Source: OCS116 cluster bacterium AG-390-I16
Lineage (GTDB): Bacteria; Pseudomonadota; Alphaproteobacteria; MED-G09
Direction: 5' to 3'
NCBI GenBank assembly: GCA_003279705.1
Contig: QCGZ01000004.1
Coordinates: forward strand, 1,529 to 65,528
DNA length: 64,000 bases
Numbering within the stretch: the stretch's first letter is position 1; each line of letters starts with the position of its first letter. A program made the translations under genes and the position numbers. The notes beneath the pieces were generated by a model. That model ran no database searches, had not been told where the DNA came from, and saw only the letters and a list, made by a program, of their open reading frames with translations. Below are positions 40,595 to 51,016 of the stretch, one piece after another.

Positions 40595-41770
40595 TCAAAA
40601 ATTTATCCCGGGTTCACTAAAATTTTTTTTCATTTTTTTTATCCTTGGATCATCTTTTTTTGTTAAGGATAAAAACATACCCATACAAATCCCTAATGAG
40701 AGTATTGAAGAACCACCATATGAAATAAAAGGAAGTGTCATTCCTTTGGCAGGTGCTAAACTTAAATTAACAGCCATATGAAATAATGTTTGAAGACCAA
40801 AAATTAATAGTAATCCTGATGCAGCTAATTGATTAGCATAATTTGAAACTAGAGTAATTTTTGAAAAGCCCCTTATAATTAAAAATCCATAAATCAGAAT
40901 AATAACTATAATTAAAAATAATCCACCCTCTTCAGCAACAGCAGCAAAAATAAAGTCAGTATAAGCATCTGGTAAATTATATTTCATCCAGCCCTCACCT
41001 ATTCCTTGCCCAAACAACCCACCATTTTCGAAAGCATCTATTGCTGCAGAAATTTGAGTTGGTCTATTATCCAAAGATTCAGGAAAAAACCATCCCGCAA
41101 GCCAATTATTTACCCTTGAAGCTACATGTGAGAAATTTAAATATAAAAAAATAAAACCCAGAAAAGATGTTGTAGTTAAAGCACTAATTATTTTCCAAGA
41201 TAAACCGTTAAAAAATAATAAACCCATGATTGTTAAAATTATAAGAATTGTTTGGCCGACATCAGGCTGAAGTAATAAAAGTGATATAACAATTAAAGTA
41301 ACTATTAGAGGTATTATCTGGAGAGTAATATCACTTTCTAACCTTGATCTTGCTAAAAACCACGAAACAACAATAATTAAAGATGGTTTAAGAAATTCTG
41401 AGGGTTGAATCGTAAATCCAAAAGCTGATAGCCACCTTGAAGCACCCCCACTACTTACTCCAATAATTAATGTTAAAAAAATTCCAATAAAACTAATGAT
41501 AAAAACTATTAGAGATAATTTCCTTACCAAACTAGAGGGTAAAATTGAAATTGATACCAAAAAAAATAATGATATGAAAAAATAAATAAAATGCCTAGTA
41601 AGGAAAAAATAAGTATTAGTTTTAATGCTTATTGCTTCAGCCGGACTAATTGCTAAAGAAAAAAATAATCCTATACAACCTAAAAAAATTATTGCAAATA
41701 ACATCCATCTATCAACCGTATACCACCAAACTCCAAGCACACTCATATTTGTTCTTGATATTCTAAGCAT
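40595..41770 (-). CDS. ftsW: SEDS peptidoglycan glycosyltransferase FtsW
   Basis: GASRW, QPSEFLK, QPDVG, LPDAYTDF, KGMTLPFISYGGS. Confidence 0.95.
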   Translation of the reverse strand: MLRISRTNMSVLGVWWYTVDRWMLFAIIFLGCIGLFFSLAISPAEAISIKTNTYFFLTRHFIYFFISLFFLVSISILPSSLVRKLSLIVFIISFIGIFLTLIIGVSSGGASRWLSAFGFTIQPSEFLKPSLIIVVSWFLARSRLESDITLQIIPLIVTLIVISLLLLQPDVGQTILIILTIMGLLFFNGLSWKIISALTTTSFLGFIFLYLNFSHVASRVNNWLAGWFFPESLDNRPTQISAAIDAFENGGLFGQGIGEGWMKYNLPDAYTDFIFAAVAEEGGLFLIIVIILIYGFLIIRGFSKITLVSNYANQLAASGLLLIFGLQTLFHMAVNLSLAPAKGMTLPFISYGGSSILSLGICMGMFLSLTKKDDPRIKKMKKNFSEPGINF

Positions 41771-43051
41771 TTATTCAGCCTTACTTGTTAAAGACGAAAT
41801 TATCTTGATGAAAAAAGTTCCTCTATCTTCATAATTTCTAAATTGGTCATGAGAACTACATCCAGGTGATAAAAGTATTGAACCTTTTTTATTTTTCTTA
41901 GCTGCTTTAAGTGCCGCTTTTGTTGCATCTGATAAATTTTTATAGATAGATGGTTTCTTTACACTTGGAGATAATTTTTTTATTTCACTGGCTGCTGAAC
42001 CTATCAAAAAAATTCCTTTAATTTCACTCGAAGATAAATTTAACTTTGAAAGATCATTGTTTTTTGAATAACCGCCTCCTATCCAAAAAATATCTTTAAA
42101 AGAGTGAATTGCTAAATTAGCTGCTGAAACATTTGTAGCCTTAGAGTCATTAATAAATCTTATAGAGCCGTCATCATAGACCAACTCCATTCTATGTTTT
42201 AACCCTTTAAACTCTTTTATTCTTTTTCTTATAACCCCTTTTTCAATCTTAAAAATTTCTAAAACTTTTTCTATTGCCTCAAAATTATATGGTAAATTCA
42301 CATCAACAGATAAATCAGTTTTTGTGAACAGAATTTTTTTGGATTTCAAATTTTTATCTGCAATATACTTTGAATACTTATCGTCAATGGAAATAATCGA
42401 GTAATCATTTTTATCCTGATTTTTAAAAATATTTGATTTTATATCCCTGTATTCAATCATATTGGAGTGTCTATCCAGATGGTCTTCGGAAATATTCAAC
42501 AATACAGCTATTTCAGGTTTCAATTTTGTATCAATCTCGAGCTGAAAAGAAGAAATTTCAATAATATAAATTGTTTTTTTATTACCTTTTTTTAATTTTA
42601 AAATAGGTTTTCCAATATTACCCGCCAATCTAACATCAAAGCCCTCTTTCTTTAAAATCTCGTATATAATTGATGCAGTGGAAGTTTTACCATTTGTTCC
42701 GGTAATTGCTATCATTGTCCCTCTGTGAAAATCTTTTCCTCTTGCCATTTCAAAAAGTGTTATATCACTGCAAATTTTCGTATTTTTTTTAATTAAGTTT
42801 TTTAATTTTTTCTTCCTTTTTAGATCAATTCCTGGTGAAGGAAAAAATGAATATAAATCAGTCCATGGCCATTCTTCAATTTCTTTCAAAATCAATTTCT
42901 TTTTTGTAAATTTTTTTCTTATACTTGGATTATCGTCCCATACATAGACATTAGCACCATTAGAATTTAATGTTTCTGCTATAGAAGAACCTGTAATACC
43001 TAGTCCATATATACCAATATTCTTAGATTTAAATTGATCAAAATTTAACAT
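41771..43051 (-). CDS. murD: UDP-MurNAc-L-Ala--D-glutamate ligase
   Basis: GLGITG, ITGTNGKTST, EISSFQ, DHLDRH, NDSKATN, LLSPGCSS. Confidence 0.95.
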   Translation of the reverse strand: MLNFDQFKSKNIGIYGLGITGSSIAETLNSNGANVYVWDDNPSIRKKFTKKKLILKEIEEWPWTDLYSFFPSPGIDLKRKKKLKNLIKKNTKICSDITLFEMARGKDFHRGTMIAITGTNGKTSTASIIYEILKKEGFDVRLAGNIGKPILKLKKGNKKTIYIIEISSFQLEIDTKLKPEIAVLLNISEDHLDRHSNMIEYRDIKSNIFKNQDKNDYSIISIDDKYSKYIADKNLKSKKILFTKTDLSVDVNLPYNFEAIEKVLEIFKIEKGVIRKRIKEFKGLKHRMELVYDDGSIRFINDSKATNVSAANLAIHSFKDIFWIGGGYSKNNDLSKLNLSSSEIKGIFLIGSAASEIKKLSPSVKKPSIYKNLSDATKAALKAAKKNKKGSILLSPGCSSHDQFRNYEDRGTFFIKIISSLTSKAE

Positions 43052-43052
43052 T

Positions 43053-44141
43053 CTACCTCAACTTTAAAGTCGCCAGACCAATGATTGCTAAAATAAGCGA
43101 GATAATCCAAAATCTTATTACTATTGTGGACTCTGACCAGCCTTTCTGTTCAAAATGATGATGAAGCGGAGCCATCATAAAAACTCTTTTACCAATTAAC
43201 TTATATGAAAGTACTTGAATAATTACTGATGAAGCCTCGAGAACAAATAAACCACCAATGATAAATAGAACAATCTCATGTTTTACACTAATAGCAACAG
43301 ACGCAATCAAACCGCCAAGGGATAGTGAACCAGTATCGCCCATAAAAATCATTGCTGGAGGAGCATTAAACCATAAAAAACCTAAGCCTGCTCCAAATAA
43401 TGCAGCACAAATAACCACTATTTCTCCTACATCTGGAATAAATTGAATATAAAGATAATTTGAAAAAACATAATTACCGACTAGATATGAAATTACACCC
43501 ATTGATGAAGCTGTTATCATTACTGGTATAATGGCTAAACCATCTAAACCATCTGTTAAGTTTACAGCATTGGTAGTTCCAACTAAAACACATAGAGAAA
43601 AAAGAATAAAAAACCAACTCGAAACAAAGAACGGGGATTTAAAGAAAGGTATATAAATTGAATAATTATTCCCATCTGGAAAATTTTTTAAAATTAGAAA
43701 AACTATTGATAAAGATAATAATATTTGTATTAATAATTTAATTTTCCAATTAATTCCATCAGACGATGATTTTTTAATTTTTTTATAGTCATCTGCAAAA
43801 CCCAAAGCTCCAAAACCCATAGTTGAATAAAGAATAATCCAAATAAATTTATTACTTAAGTCAGACCAGATCAAGGAGCTAGAGATCAAGGAAAAAATTA
43901 TTAGAATCCCCCCCATAGTTGGTGTTCCAACTTTTGTAAGTAAATGCGATGGTGGCCCATCTTGTCGAATTGGTTGTCCCTTTTTTTGTTTTTGTTCCAT
44001 AAATATAATAAATTTTGATCCAAAACAAAGGCATATAAATAAAGAAGTTAATACCGCAAATGCTGATCTAACGGTGATATAGTTAAAAATATTTAAACTG
44101 TTGAAGTCAGAAAGGAAATTTTCAAGAAGATATAAAATCAT
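43053..44141 (-). CDS. mraY: Phospho-MurNAc-pentapeptide transferase
   Basis: GTPTMGG, GFADDY, NAVNLTDGLDGL, FMGDTGS, MAPLHHHFE. Confidence 0.97.
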   Translation of the reverse strand: MILYLLENFLSDFNSLNIFNYITVRSAFAVLTSLFICLCFGSKFIIFMEQKQKKGQPIRQDGPPSHLLTKVGTPTMGGILIIFSLISSSLIWSDLSNKFIWIILYSTMGFGALGFADDYKKIKKSSSDGINWKIKLLIQILLSLSIVFLILKNFPDGNNYSIYIPFFKSPFFVSSWFFILFSLCVLVGTTNAVNLTDGLDGLAIIPVMITASSMGVISYLVGNYVFSNYLYIQFIPDVGEIVVICAALFGAGLGFLWFNAPPAMIFMGDTGSLSLGGLIASVAISVKHEIVLFIIGGLFVLEASSVIIQVLSYKLIGKRVFMMAPLHHHFEQKGWSESTIVIRFWIISLILAIIGLATLKLR

Positions 44142-45544
44142 TACGCTATATTCCTTAACAACTTTTCTTCATTTAAATAATTAAGGATAATTTTAATTTT
44201 GCTCTTGGAAGAACCTTTTATTAATAAAATATCTTCATTATTAATTTTTTTATTCAATTGCTTAATTAGTTCTTCAGGTTTTTGAGCAAAAGCACCCTTT
44301 TTATCATTTGATAGATTATCCCAAAGATATTTCATTCTTTTTCCAGAACAAAAAACAAGATTAATATTTGTTTTATTAATAAATTTAGCAATTTTTATAT
44401 GAAATTCCTCTGAAAATTTACCAAGCTCCAGCATCTCTCCAAGTATTAATATTTTTCTCTTATCCTTATAAAAATCTATATCAGTTAGTAAATTAATTGA
44501 TGAAATCATTGATTCCGGGTTGGCATTAAAACTTTCATCAATAATTTGAATTTTTTTATTTTGAAAAGATAAGTCATAAGTCAAACCCCTTCCTTCAATA
44601 GGACTAAAATTTGATAATTTTTTGGTTATATTTGTTAAGGGTAAATTTAGGATGTTGCATACAGATAAAACAGCTAATGCATTAAATGCCATATGCAATC
44701 CAGGGGCAAACATTTTAAAATTTAAAGGCTTAGAATTTATTTTTGCTTCTATAAATGATCCTTGAGGAAAATATTTATAATTAATTAAAGAGTTTTTAGT
44801 TTCATCTTTTTTACCAAAACTTATTAATTCTATATTATTTTTTTCACATAAATTATTAGTGGATTTATTAATAGAAATATTTTCATTTAGCACTAAGAAG
44901 CCGCCTGGTTTTATTCCATTAATTATTTCAAGTTTTTCTTTCAAAATCTCTTTTTTTGATTTAAAAAATTTTATGTGAGCACTTCCGACATTATTAATTA
45001 ATCCAATATCAGGCTTAATAATCTTACTAAGATAAGAAATTTCACCATAATTATTCATACCAACTTCAAAAATAGAAAAGTCAGTATTTGATGGCATCCT
45101 TGATAATGATAATGAAACCCCTATTTTATTATTATATGAAGATTCTGAATAATGAATTCTGCCATAATCAATTAAAGATGAGGCTAACATTTCTTTGACA
45201 GTTGTCTTACCAGAGCTGCCAGTAACAGCTATGATTTTTCCTTTATTTCTCTCTCTTGACGACTTTCCAAGACATACTAAAGCTTTTAAAACGTCATTAA
45301 CTACGACAACTTTATTTTCATGATTAAGCACAGGAGCATTTGAAATAACTATTGAGGCCCCCTTCTTAATTGCCTCACCAATAAATTGATGGCCATCATA
45401 ATTAGGCCCAGCTAAAGCAAAAAAAATATCACCTTTATTGATAGTTCTTGTATCAATTGAGACACCTGAAGCATTCCAATTTGATGGTCCATGACCATTT
45501 GTAATTTTTAATACATCTTCCCCTTTCCAAAGAATTTTATCCAT
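44141..45544 (-). CDS. murF: UDP-MurNAc-tripeptide--D-Ala-D-Ala ligase
   Basis: VSIDTR, VTGSSGKTTVK, EVGMN, DESFNANP, GEMLELG, KGS. Likely start MDKILW at 45544. Confidence 0.95.
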   Translation of the reverse strand: MDKILWKGEDVLKITNGHGPSNWNASGVSIDTRTINKGDIFFALAGPNYDGHQFIGEAIKKGASIVISNAPVLNHENKVVVVNDVLKALVCLGKSSRERNKGKIIAVTGSSGKTTVKEMLASSLIDYGRIHYSESSYNNKIGVSLSLSRMPSNTDFSIFEVGMNNYGEISYLSKIIKPDIGLINNVGSAHIKFFKSKKEILKEKLEIINGIKPGGFLVLNENISINKSTNNLCEKNNIELISFGKKDETKNSLINYKYFPQGSFIEAKINSKPLNFKMFAPGLHMAFNALAVLSVCNILNLPLTNITKKLSNFSPIEGRGLTYDLSFQNKKIQIIDESFNANPESMISSINLLTDIDFYKDKRKILILGEMLELGKFSEEFHIKIAKFINKTNINLVFCSGKRMKYLWDNLSNDKKGAFAQKPEELIKQLNKKINNEDILLIKGSSKSKIKIILNYLNEEKLLRNIA

Positions 45545-46967
45545 TAGCATTCTCCAGAAAATTTTTAACAACATCCATATCACTAAAATATGTTTTTTTA
45601 CCTTTTTCTATTTGATAGCTCTCATGTCCTTTCCCAGCAATTATGAATATATCTCCTGAATTAGCTTCAGATAAACCATACTCAATGGCCTCCTTTCTAT
45701 TAAAAATTATTTGAGCGCTAGGGCATCCTTTTTGTATCATTTTAGCTATATTACTTGGATCTTCGTATCTTGGATTATCATTGGTTATAATTACTTTATT
45801 TGAAAACCTCTCTGCTATTTCTCCCATTATTTTTCTTTTTGAAACATCTCTATCACCACCACAACCAAAGGCTAAAATAATATTTTTTGATAAAGAATTT
45901 GCGTATTGCAAAACCGATAAAAGAGCATGAGGAGTATGCGCATAATCAATTATAATTTTTGAATTATTTTTTGATTCAATAGTATTCATCCTTCCGTAAA
46001 CAGGTTTAATATTTTCTATTACCGAAAAAACATCTTTATAATTTGCTCCAGATGTTATTGCTAAACCAGCAGCACAGAGAGCATTTGATATTTGAAAGTA
46101 TGCTTGAAGATTAAAGTTAAATGAAAAAATTTCATCATTATATAATATTTCTACCTTATGACCTGTAGCAATATTTTCTGAAGAAAGAATCTTTAATTTT
46201 TCAGCATTAATACCAATATCAAAAATATTTCTATTAAATTTTTTTAATTTTTCAAAAAATTTTATACCCTCGTCATTATCTGTAAAAATTACTGATGTTT
46301 TCTCAAAGGGAAGGATGTTATTAAAAAGTTTAAACTTAGTATTAGAGTACTCCTGTATAGATTTATGATAATCCATATGATCTAAGCTTAAGTTAGTAAA
46401 ACAGGCAGACTCCAGATCAACAGAATTAATACGATATTGATCAATAGCATGACTTGATACCTCTAATGCTAAATTTGATACCTTCAATTTTGCAAGTTTA
46501 TCTAATATTTGATGAAGCTTAATTGGGCAAGGAGTTGTGTTGCTAGTATTAATATTTAGATTTTCTGATCTAACACCTAGCGTTCCAATTGTTGCAGAAT
46601 TATAACCAAGCAGTTCCCATATTTGATATAAAAAATCTACAGTTGATGTTTTACCATTTGTTCCGGTAACTGCGCAAATTGTGTCAGGTGAACCAGGGAA
46701 AAATAATTTAGATAATTGAGATAGTTTTTTTCTTGGATTTTGATTAAAAATTACTGGAATATTTTCTTTCTTAATTCTTTTATTTGAAGTTAAAATTGCA
46801 ACCGCACCTTTTTTAACAGCTTCATCAATATAATCTTCCCCATTGTTTTTAATACCATCAATTGCAACAAAAAGGTTTCCATTTTTAATTAATTTACTAT
46901 TGGATTGAATACCAGATAAACTAATATTATCTTCAAATGTATCATCAATTAATCTAAGAGGTATCAC
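45537..46967 (-). CDS. murE: UDP-MurNAc-L-Ala-D-Glu--meso-DAP ligase
   Basis: VTGTNGKTS, EVSSH, DHMDYH, DYAHTP, GCGGDRD, DNPR (DAP specificity), AGKGHE. Confidence 0.96.
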   Translation of the reverse strand: MIPLRLIDDTFEDNISLSGIQSNSKLIKNGNLFVAIDGIKNNGEDYIDEAVKKGAVAILTSNKRIKKENIPVIFNQNPRKKLSQLSKLFFPGSPDTICAVTGTNGKTSTVDFLYQIWELLGYNSATIGTLGVRSENLNINTSNTTPCPIKLHQILDKLAKLKVSNLALEVSSHAIDQYRINSVDLESACFTNLSLDHMDYHKSIQEYSNTKFKLFNNILPFEKTSVIFTDNDEGIKFFEKLKKFNRNIFDIGINAEKLKILSSENIATGHKVEILYNDEIFSFNFNLQAYFQISNALCAAGLAITSGANYKDVFSVIENIKPVYGRMNTIESKNNSKIIIDYAHTPHALLSVLQYANSLSKNIILAFGCGGDRDVSKRKIMGEIAERFSNKVIITNDNPRYEDPSNIAKMIQKGCPSAQIIFNRKEAIEYGLSEANSGDIFIIAGKGHESYQIEKGKKTYFSDMDVVKNFLENANG

Positions 46968-48730
46968 AGAGAATTCTCCTCAATTAAATTATTTTTTGAG
47001 ATATCTTTTTTTACATCTTTTACATCTTTATCAACATTATATTCAACATTTAAGATTGGAGCTATTAATCGAATAACCTCACCTGCTGTAGGTCCAGCAT
47101 TATGAAATGAGCTTCCCCCCATAATGCCTCTTGAAGGATTCTCTTTAGGTCTTTCATAGCTTACCAAAATAACATACTTAGGATCCCAGCCCGGAAATGC
47201 ACCTACAAAAGATGTTCGATTTCCACACCCAGTGTAAGCTCCATTACATGGAATATCCGCTGTTCCAGTTTTACCAATAACAGCATAACCTTCAATATCA
47301 GCTTTTTGTCCTGATCCATGCTTAACAACCTGACGCATCGCATAAATTGTTTTTGTACTTGTATTTTTTCTTATAACCCTATTCTCTTTTTTTGAATTAT
47401 TGTAATAATTAAGAGAAGGCTGAATTTTATAACCGCCATTTACCATCGTAGCTACAGAAGAAGTAAAAGACAAAGGAACAACGCTTAAACCTTGACCAAA
47501 TGAAATTGTAATCATTGAATTATCTGTCCACCTTTCAGGTAAGATGGGTGATCCTGTTTCATAAACCTCAAGTAAATATTCGTCTAAAAGGCCTACTTTC
47601 TGTAAAAAAGATTTCTGATTTTCTCTTCCAACTTTTATTGCAATCTGTGCCATACATCGATTAGAAGATCTAACCAAACAATCTACTGAATTAATTAAAT
47701 TTTCTGAACTCTGATTTCTGTAATTATTTAAACACCTATTTGCTGCTATTTTTATACAAATGTTATCATCAAATTTATCATTAAGATCTATTTGGGAACT
47801 CTCAAGGCCCATGGCTAATGTCATTATTTTCATAACTGAACCAAGCTCATAACTACCTTGGAAAACTTGATTAAATGTAGATTCTTTTACTGCGCCATTT
47901 GTATAATTTTTATTAATCATATTTGGATCAAATGTTGGTAGTGACGCTGAGGCAATAATTTGTCCGTTATTTGCATCCATAACTATACCAAAGCCACTTT
48001 CAGCACCATATAATTCAATTCCTTTTGCAATTTGATCTTCAAGGTGAAATTGAACAGATATATCAATACTAAGTTTAATATCTTCGTGGAGGATTTTAGA
48101 TTTTGGTATTGTTTTTTCAATTCCAGATAAGCCAATTAGGTCTCTTCCTGAATATCCTATTATATGAGATGCCAGTTGTTTGTTGATATAAATTCTTCTC
48201 CAAACAGAATGAAACTCTACCTCAGCCACACCAGAATTTAAAATATCGTAATATTGAATATCATTTATATTATCCGCAATCTCAACATAACTTTTATTTT
48301 CAAGTTTATTTAGAAACACATCCTTATTTAGTTCAGGAATCACCGCCTTTATCATTCGAGCAGTTTCTTCTGGGTTAACTGGATTTCTAATAGAAGCCCT
48401 TTTTGTCTCTATTGTCGTAGCTAATAATTTATCATTTCTATCATAAATTTCTGGTAAAGGATTTTTGATTGAATTTGATATAATTTTATTTGGCTTGCTT
48501 AAGATTTCACCTGGAAATATTGCTAGTGATGTACTTCTAACTATAAAAATCGCGAAGACAAAAATAAATAAAAACTTCGCTAAATGAACCCTCTCTCTAC
48601 TTAAGGATATTTTATCAATATCATTTCGATTATTATTTAGCCCTTTATGGCTGTCATGAAACAAAAAACTAAGATCATTACCTGCTGTAGCCTTAACATT
48701 TGTAAATTTATTTTTCTTTAAATTAACCAT
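46964..48730 (-). CDS. ftsI: Penicillin-binding protein 3 (division transpeptidase)
   Basis: TM segment, IYDRN, SxxK (GSVMK), SxN (SSN), KTGT; dcw position. Confidence 0.92.
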   Translation of the reverse strand: MVNLKKNKFTNVKATAGNDLSFLFHDSHKGLNNNRNDIDKISLSRERVHLAKFLFIFVFAIFIVRSTSLAIFPGEILSKPNKIISNSIKNPLPEIYDRNDKLLATTIETKRASIRNPVNPEETARMIKAVIPELNKDVFLNKLENKSYVEIADNINDIQYYDILNSGVAEVEFHSVWRRIYINKQLASHIIGYSGRDLIGLSGIEKTIPKSKILHEDIKLSIDISVQFHLEDQIAKGIELYGAESGFGIVMDANNGQIIASASLPTFDPNMINKNYTNGAVKESTFNQVFQGSYELGSVMKIMTLAMGLESSQIDLNDKFDDNICIKIAANRCLNNYRNQSSENLINSVDCLVRSSNRCMAQIAIKVGRENQKSFLQKVGLLDEYLLEVYETGSPILPERWTDNSMITISFGQGLSVVPLSFTSSVATMVNGGYKIQPSLNYYNNSKKENRVIRKNTSTKTIYAMRQVVKHGSGQKADIEGYAVIGKTGTADIPCNGAYTGCGNRTSFVGAFPGWDPKYVILVSYERPKENPSRGIMGGSSFHNAGPTAGEVIRLIAPILNVEYNVDKDVKDVKKDISKNNLIEENSL

Positions 48731-49018
48731 TTAGTTTTTTTCTATTTCTTGATTAATAAATTCAATGTTTTCACCCTTTGAAGGTGATAGCCTAAGCTGT
48801 GGATAGTATTTCTCCGATAATTTCTGAAGCCTTTCAGGGCTTGTCCTTACAACCCAATCTGTTTTTAGGAGTATTTCTTTATTCTGTTCTTTTTTTAAGG
48901 AATAATTAATATTATTTAGCTGTCTAACCTTATCTTTAATTTCATGACTAATTATTTGATTAAACACTATTAACGAAATGAAGGTGAAAAAAAGACTATA
49001 GACAAATAATTTAAACAC
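48731..49018 (-). CDS. ftsL: Cell division protein FtsL-like
   Basis: TM plus coiled coil, LKTDW...SPERLQKL; lies between rsmH and ftsI. Confidence 0.8.
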   Translation of the reverse strand: MFKLFVYSLFFTFISLIVFNQIISHEIKDKVRQLNNINYSLKKEQNKEILLKTDWVVRTSPERLQKLSEKYYPQLRLSPSKGENIEFINQEIEKN

Positions 49019-49991
49019 TTACACCTCCATATTTTATAAAATTATGTGAATTATTTTTTAAAATTTCTTGTGCAGATGTTCTGTATACATATCGTAAATG
49101 AGCTGATCGAGATCTTGGGTTTTCTTTTATTTCACTTTTAGTAGGTTTTGTAACTCTCTTTGTTTTATAGTAAAAAGGTAACTCAGTATTACCTAAAGAA
49201 TATTTCTTCTCTGAAATCGAATTATATTTTATAAAATTTTTGACAATTCTATCTTCTAAAGAATGAAATGAAATGACTATTAATTTCCCGCCTTCATTTA
49301 AAATACTCTCTGAAGATATTAACGCACTATATAATTCTTTTAATTCATCATTTAAATAAATTCTTAATCCTTGAAAAGTCTTCGTTGAAGGGTGAATTTT
49401 ATGATATTTTCCAGCTTTTGATTTTTTAATAATATTAGATAATTCAAAAGTAGTTTGAATTTTTTTTATTTTTCTTTGTTCAATTATATTCTTGGCAATT
49501 CTTCTTGATTTTCTCTCTTCCCCAAATAAATAAATGATATTTGCTAAATCTTCTTCTTTATATTTATTTATTATATCAAATACCGATGTTTTATTATCGT
49601 CCATTCTCATATCTAATGGAGCATCATAGCGAAATGAAAAGCCTCTTTCTGGAGTATCAAGCTGCATTGAAGAAACCCCTAAATCAATAAAAATAGCATC
49701 AACTTTTTTAATACCAATCTTTGAAATATGATTTGTTAATTCTCCAAACCTTCCATTAATTAAAGTTAGCCTATCGCCATATGATTTATAGCGATCTTGA
49801 TTTAAAGAAAATACCATTGGGTCTCTGTCAATGCCAATTACATGACAATCGGCACTATCAAGAATTTTTCTAGTATGTCCTCCCGCACCTAAAGTGCAAT
49901 CAATATAGGTTTCATTTGATTTTGGATTTAATATTTCTAAAACTTCATTCATCATTACCGATTTATGAGTTGGAATATTATTATCCATCAA
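49011..49991 (-). CDS. rsmH: 16S rRNA C1402 methyltransferase
   Basis: HKSVM, DCTLGAGGH, DLGVSSMQLD, PLDMRM, ISFHSLEDR, NPRSRSA. Confidence 0.97.
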   Translation of the reverse strand: MMDNNIPTHKSVMMNEVLEILNPKSNETYIDCTLGAGGHTRKILDSADCHVIGIDRDPMVFSLNQDRYKSYGDRLTLINGRFGELTNHISKIGIKKVDAIFIDLGVSSMQLDTPERGFSFRYDAPLDMRMDDNKTSVFDIINKYKEEDLANIIYLFGEERKSRRIAKNIIEQRKIKKIQTTFELSNIIKKSKAGKYHKIHPSTKTFQGLRIYLNDELKELYSALISSESILNEGGKLIVISFHSLEDRIVKNFIKYNSISEKKYSLGNTELPFYYKTKRVTKPTKSEIKENPRSRSAHLRYVYRTSAQEILKNNSHNFIKYGGVSV

Positions 49992-50467
49992 TCTATTTCC
50001 TCAAATTTAACTTTATTTAAACCAACAGGGCCTATCAGATTTCTGTGTTCAAGAGCCTTAACTTTTGCCTTTTCTTTAAATTCCTCAAAATCATTAGGGT
50101 TCCAAACTTGAAACTTTCTACCTTGACCAACAAAAACAGCTTTATTTTTCAAGTTTGCGTGTTCCATTAGGCTTTCTGGCAAAGATATCCTTCCATCTTG
50201 GTCATACGATAGATTGTATGTGTCAGCAAAAAGTGATGTGGATAATGCATCTGTTTCTTCTGCAAATAACTGCATTCTCTCTACACTTTCTGAAATTTGA
50301 TTTATCAACTCCAGACCCCCTCCATCAATAGATTTTGATGTAAAAGAGGGAAATAAATAAACGCCAGGGTAGCCTTGGAACTCAAGAACAGTCCTAAAAG
50401 ATGCAGGAATTGAAATCCTGCCCTTAGCATCAATTTTATTAACCGCGCTTGATAAAAATATTTTCAA
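49988..50467 (-). CDS. mraZ: Transcriptional regulator MraZ
   Basis: Two DxxGR motifs (DAKGRISIP, DQDGRISLP); first gene of the dcw cluster. Confidence 0.95.
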   Translation of the reverse strand: MKIFLSSAVNKIDAKGRISIPASFRTVLEFQGYPGVYLFPSFTSKSIDGGGLELINQISESVERMQLFAEETDALSTSLFADTYNLSYDQDGRISLPESLMEHANLKNKAVFVGQGRKFQVWNPNDFEEFKEKAKVKALEHRNLIGPVGLNKVKFEEID

Positions 50468-50528
50468 AAAACCCTCCAGTTTTTTTAAACAAAAGAATAA
50501 CCTGATCTTATAAAAATAAGACTTAAAT

Positions 50529-50564
50529 ATGGATTATCATGGGATATTATGGGAGTCAATGGGA
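50529..50564. promoter_or_regulatory. MraZ operator-like 10-bp-periodic ATGG(GA) repeats
   Basis: ATGGA at 50529 and ATGGGA at 50539, 50549 and 50559, 60-100 bp upstream of mraZ. This matches the TGGGN 10-bp-period MraZ box architecture. Confidence 0.75.
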
Positions 50565-50618
50565 TTTAATTAAAAAATACGCACAAAGTTACTTTTAAAA
50601 ATTTTAATTCTCTGAAAA

Positions 50619-50969
50619 TGTCAGATGATTTATAAGCCGGGTTCTGTACTTTAAAAAAGCGATGATCATTCATCTTGAGTATACGTTGCCGTATACCTCT
50701 AGCAACCTACCCGAATAACTAGAAAGAGAAATTCTCTGGCTAAGCCAACGTTATTCCTATTTGGTCTTGCTCCCAGTGGGGTTTACCCTGCCAAATATGT
50801 TACCATATAAGCGGTGCGCTCTTACCACACCTTTTCACCCTTGCCCTAAGGCGGTATATTTTCTGTGGCACTTTCCCTAAGGTCACCCTCGCCGGGTATT
50901 ACCCGGCACTGTCTCTCATGGAGCCCGGACTTTCCTCTTTAAAAAAAGCGATCATCCAATCATCTGACA
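50619..50969 (-). ncRNA. rnpB: RNase P RNA (type A)
   Basis: The minus strand has GAGGAAAGTCCGGGCTCC, GGAAAGTGCCACAGAAA, GGTAAACCCC, GAGCAAGACC and ACAGAACCCGGCTTATA. The P1 helix TGTCAGATGATT/AATCATCTGACA closes both ends. Confidence 0.97.
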
Positions 50970-50974
50970 GTTTT

Positions 50975-51003
50975 GTAATATAAAAAAAATTGATTTTGGT
51001 CAA
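50975..51003 (-). promoter_or_regulatory. Putative sigma70 promoter of rnpB
   Basis: TTGACC followed 15-17 nt later by TATATT/TATTAC, immediately upstream of the rnpB 5' end. Confidence 0.5.
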
Positions 51004-51016
51004 TATTTTATAAATT

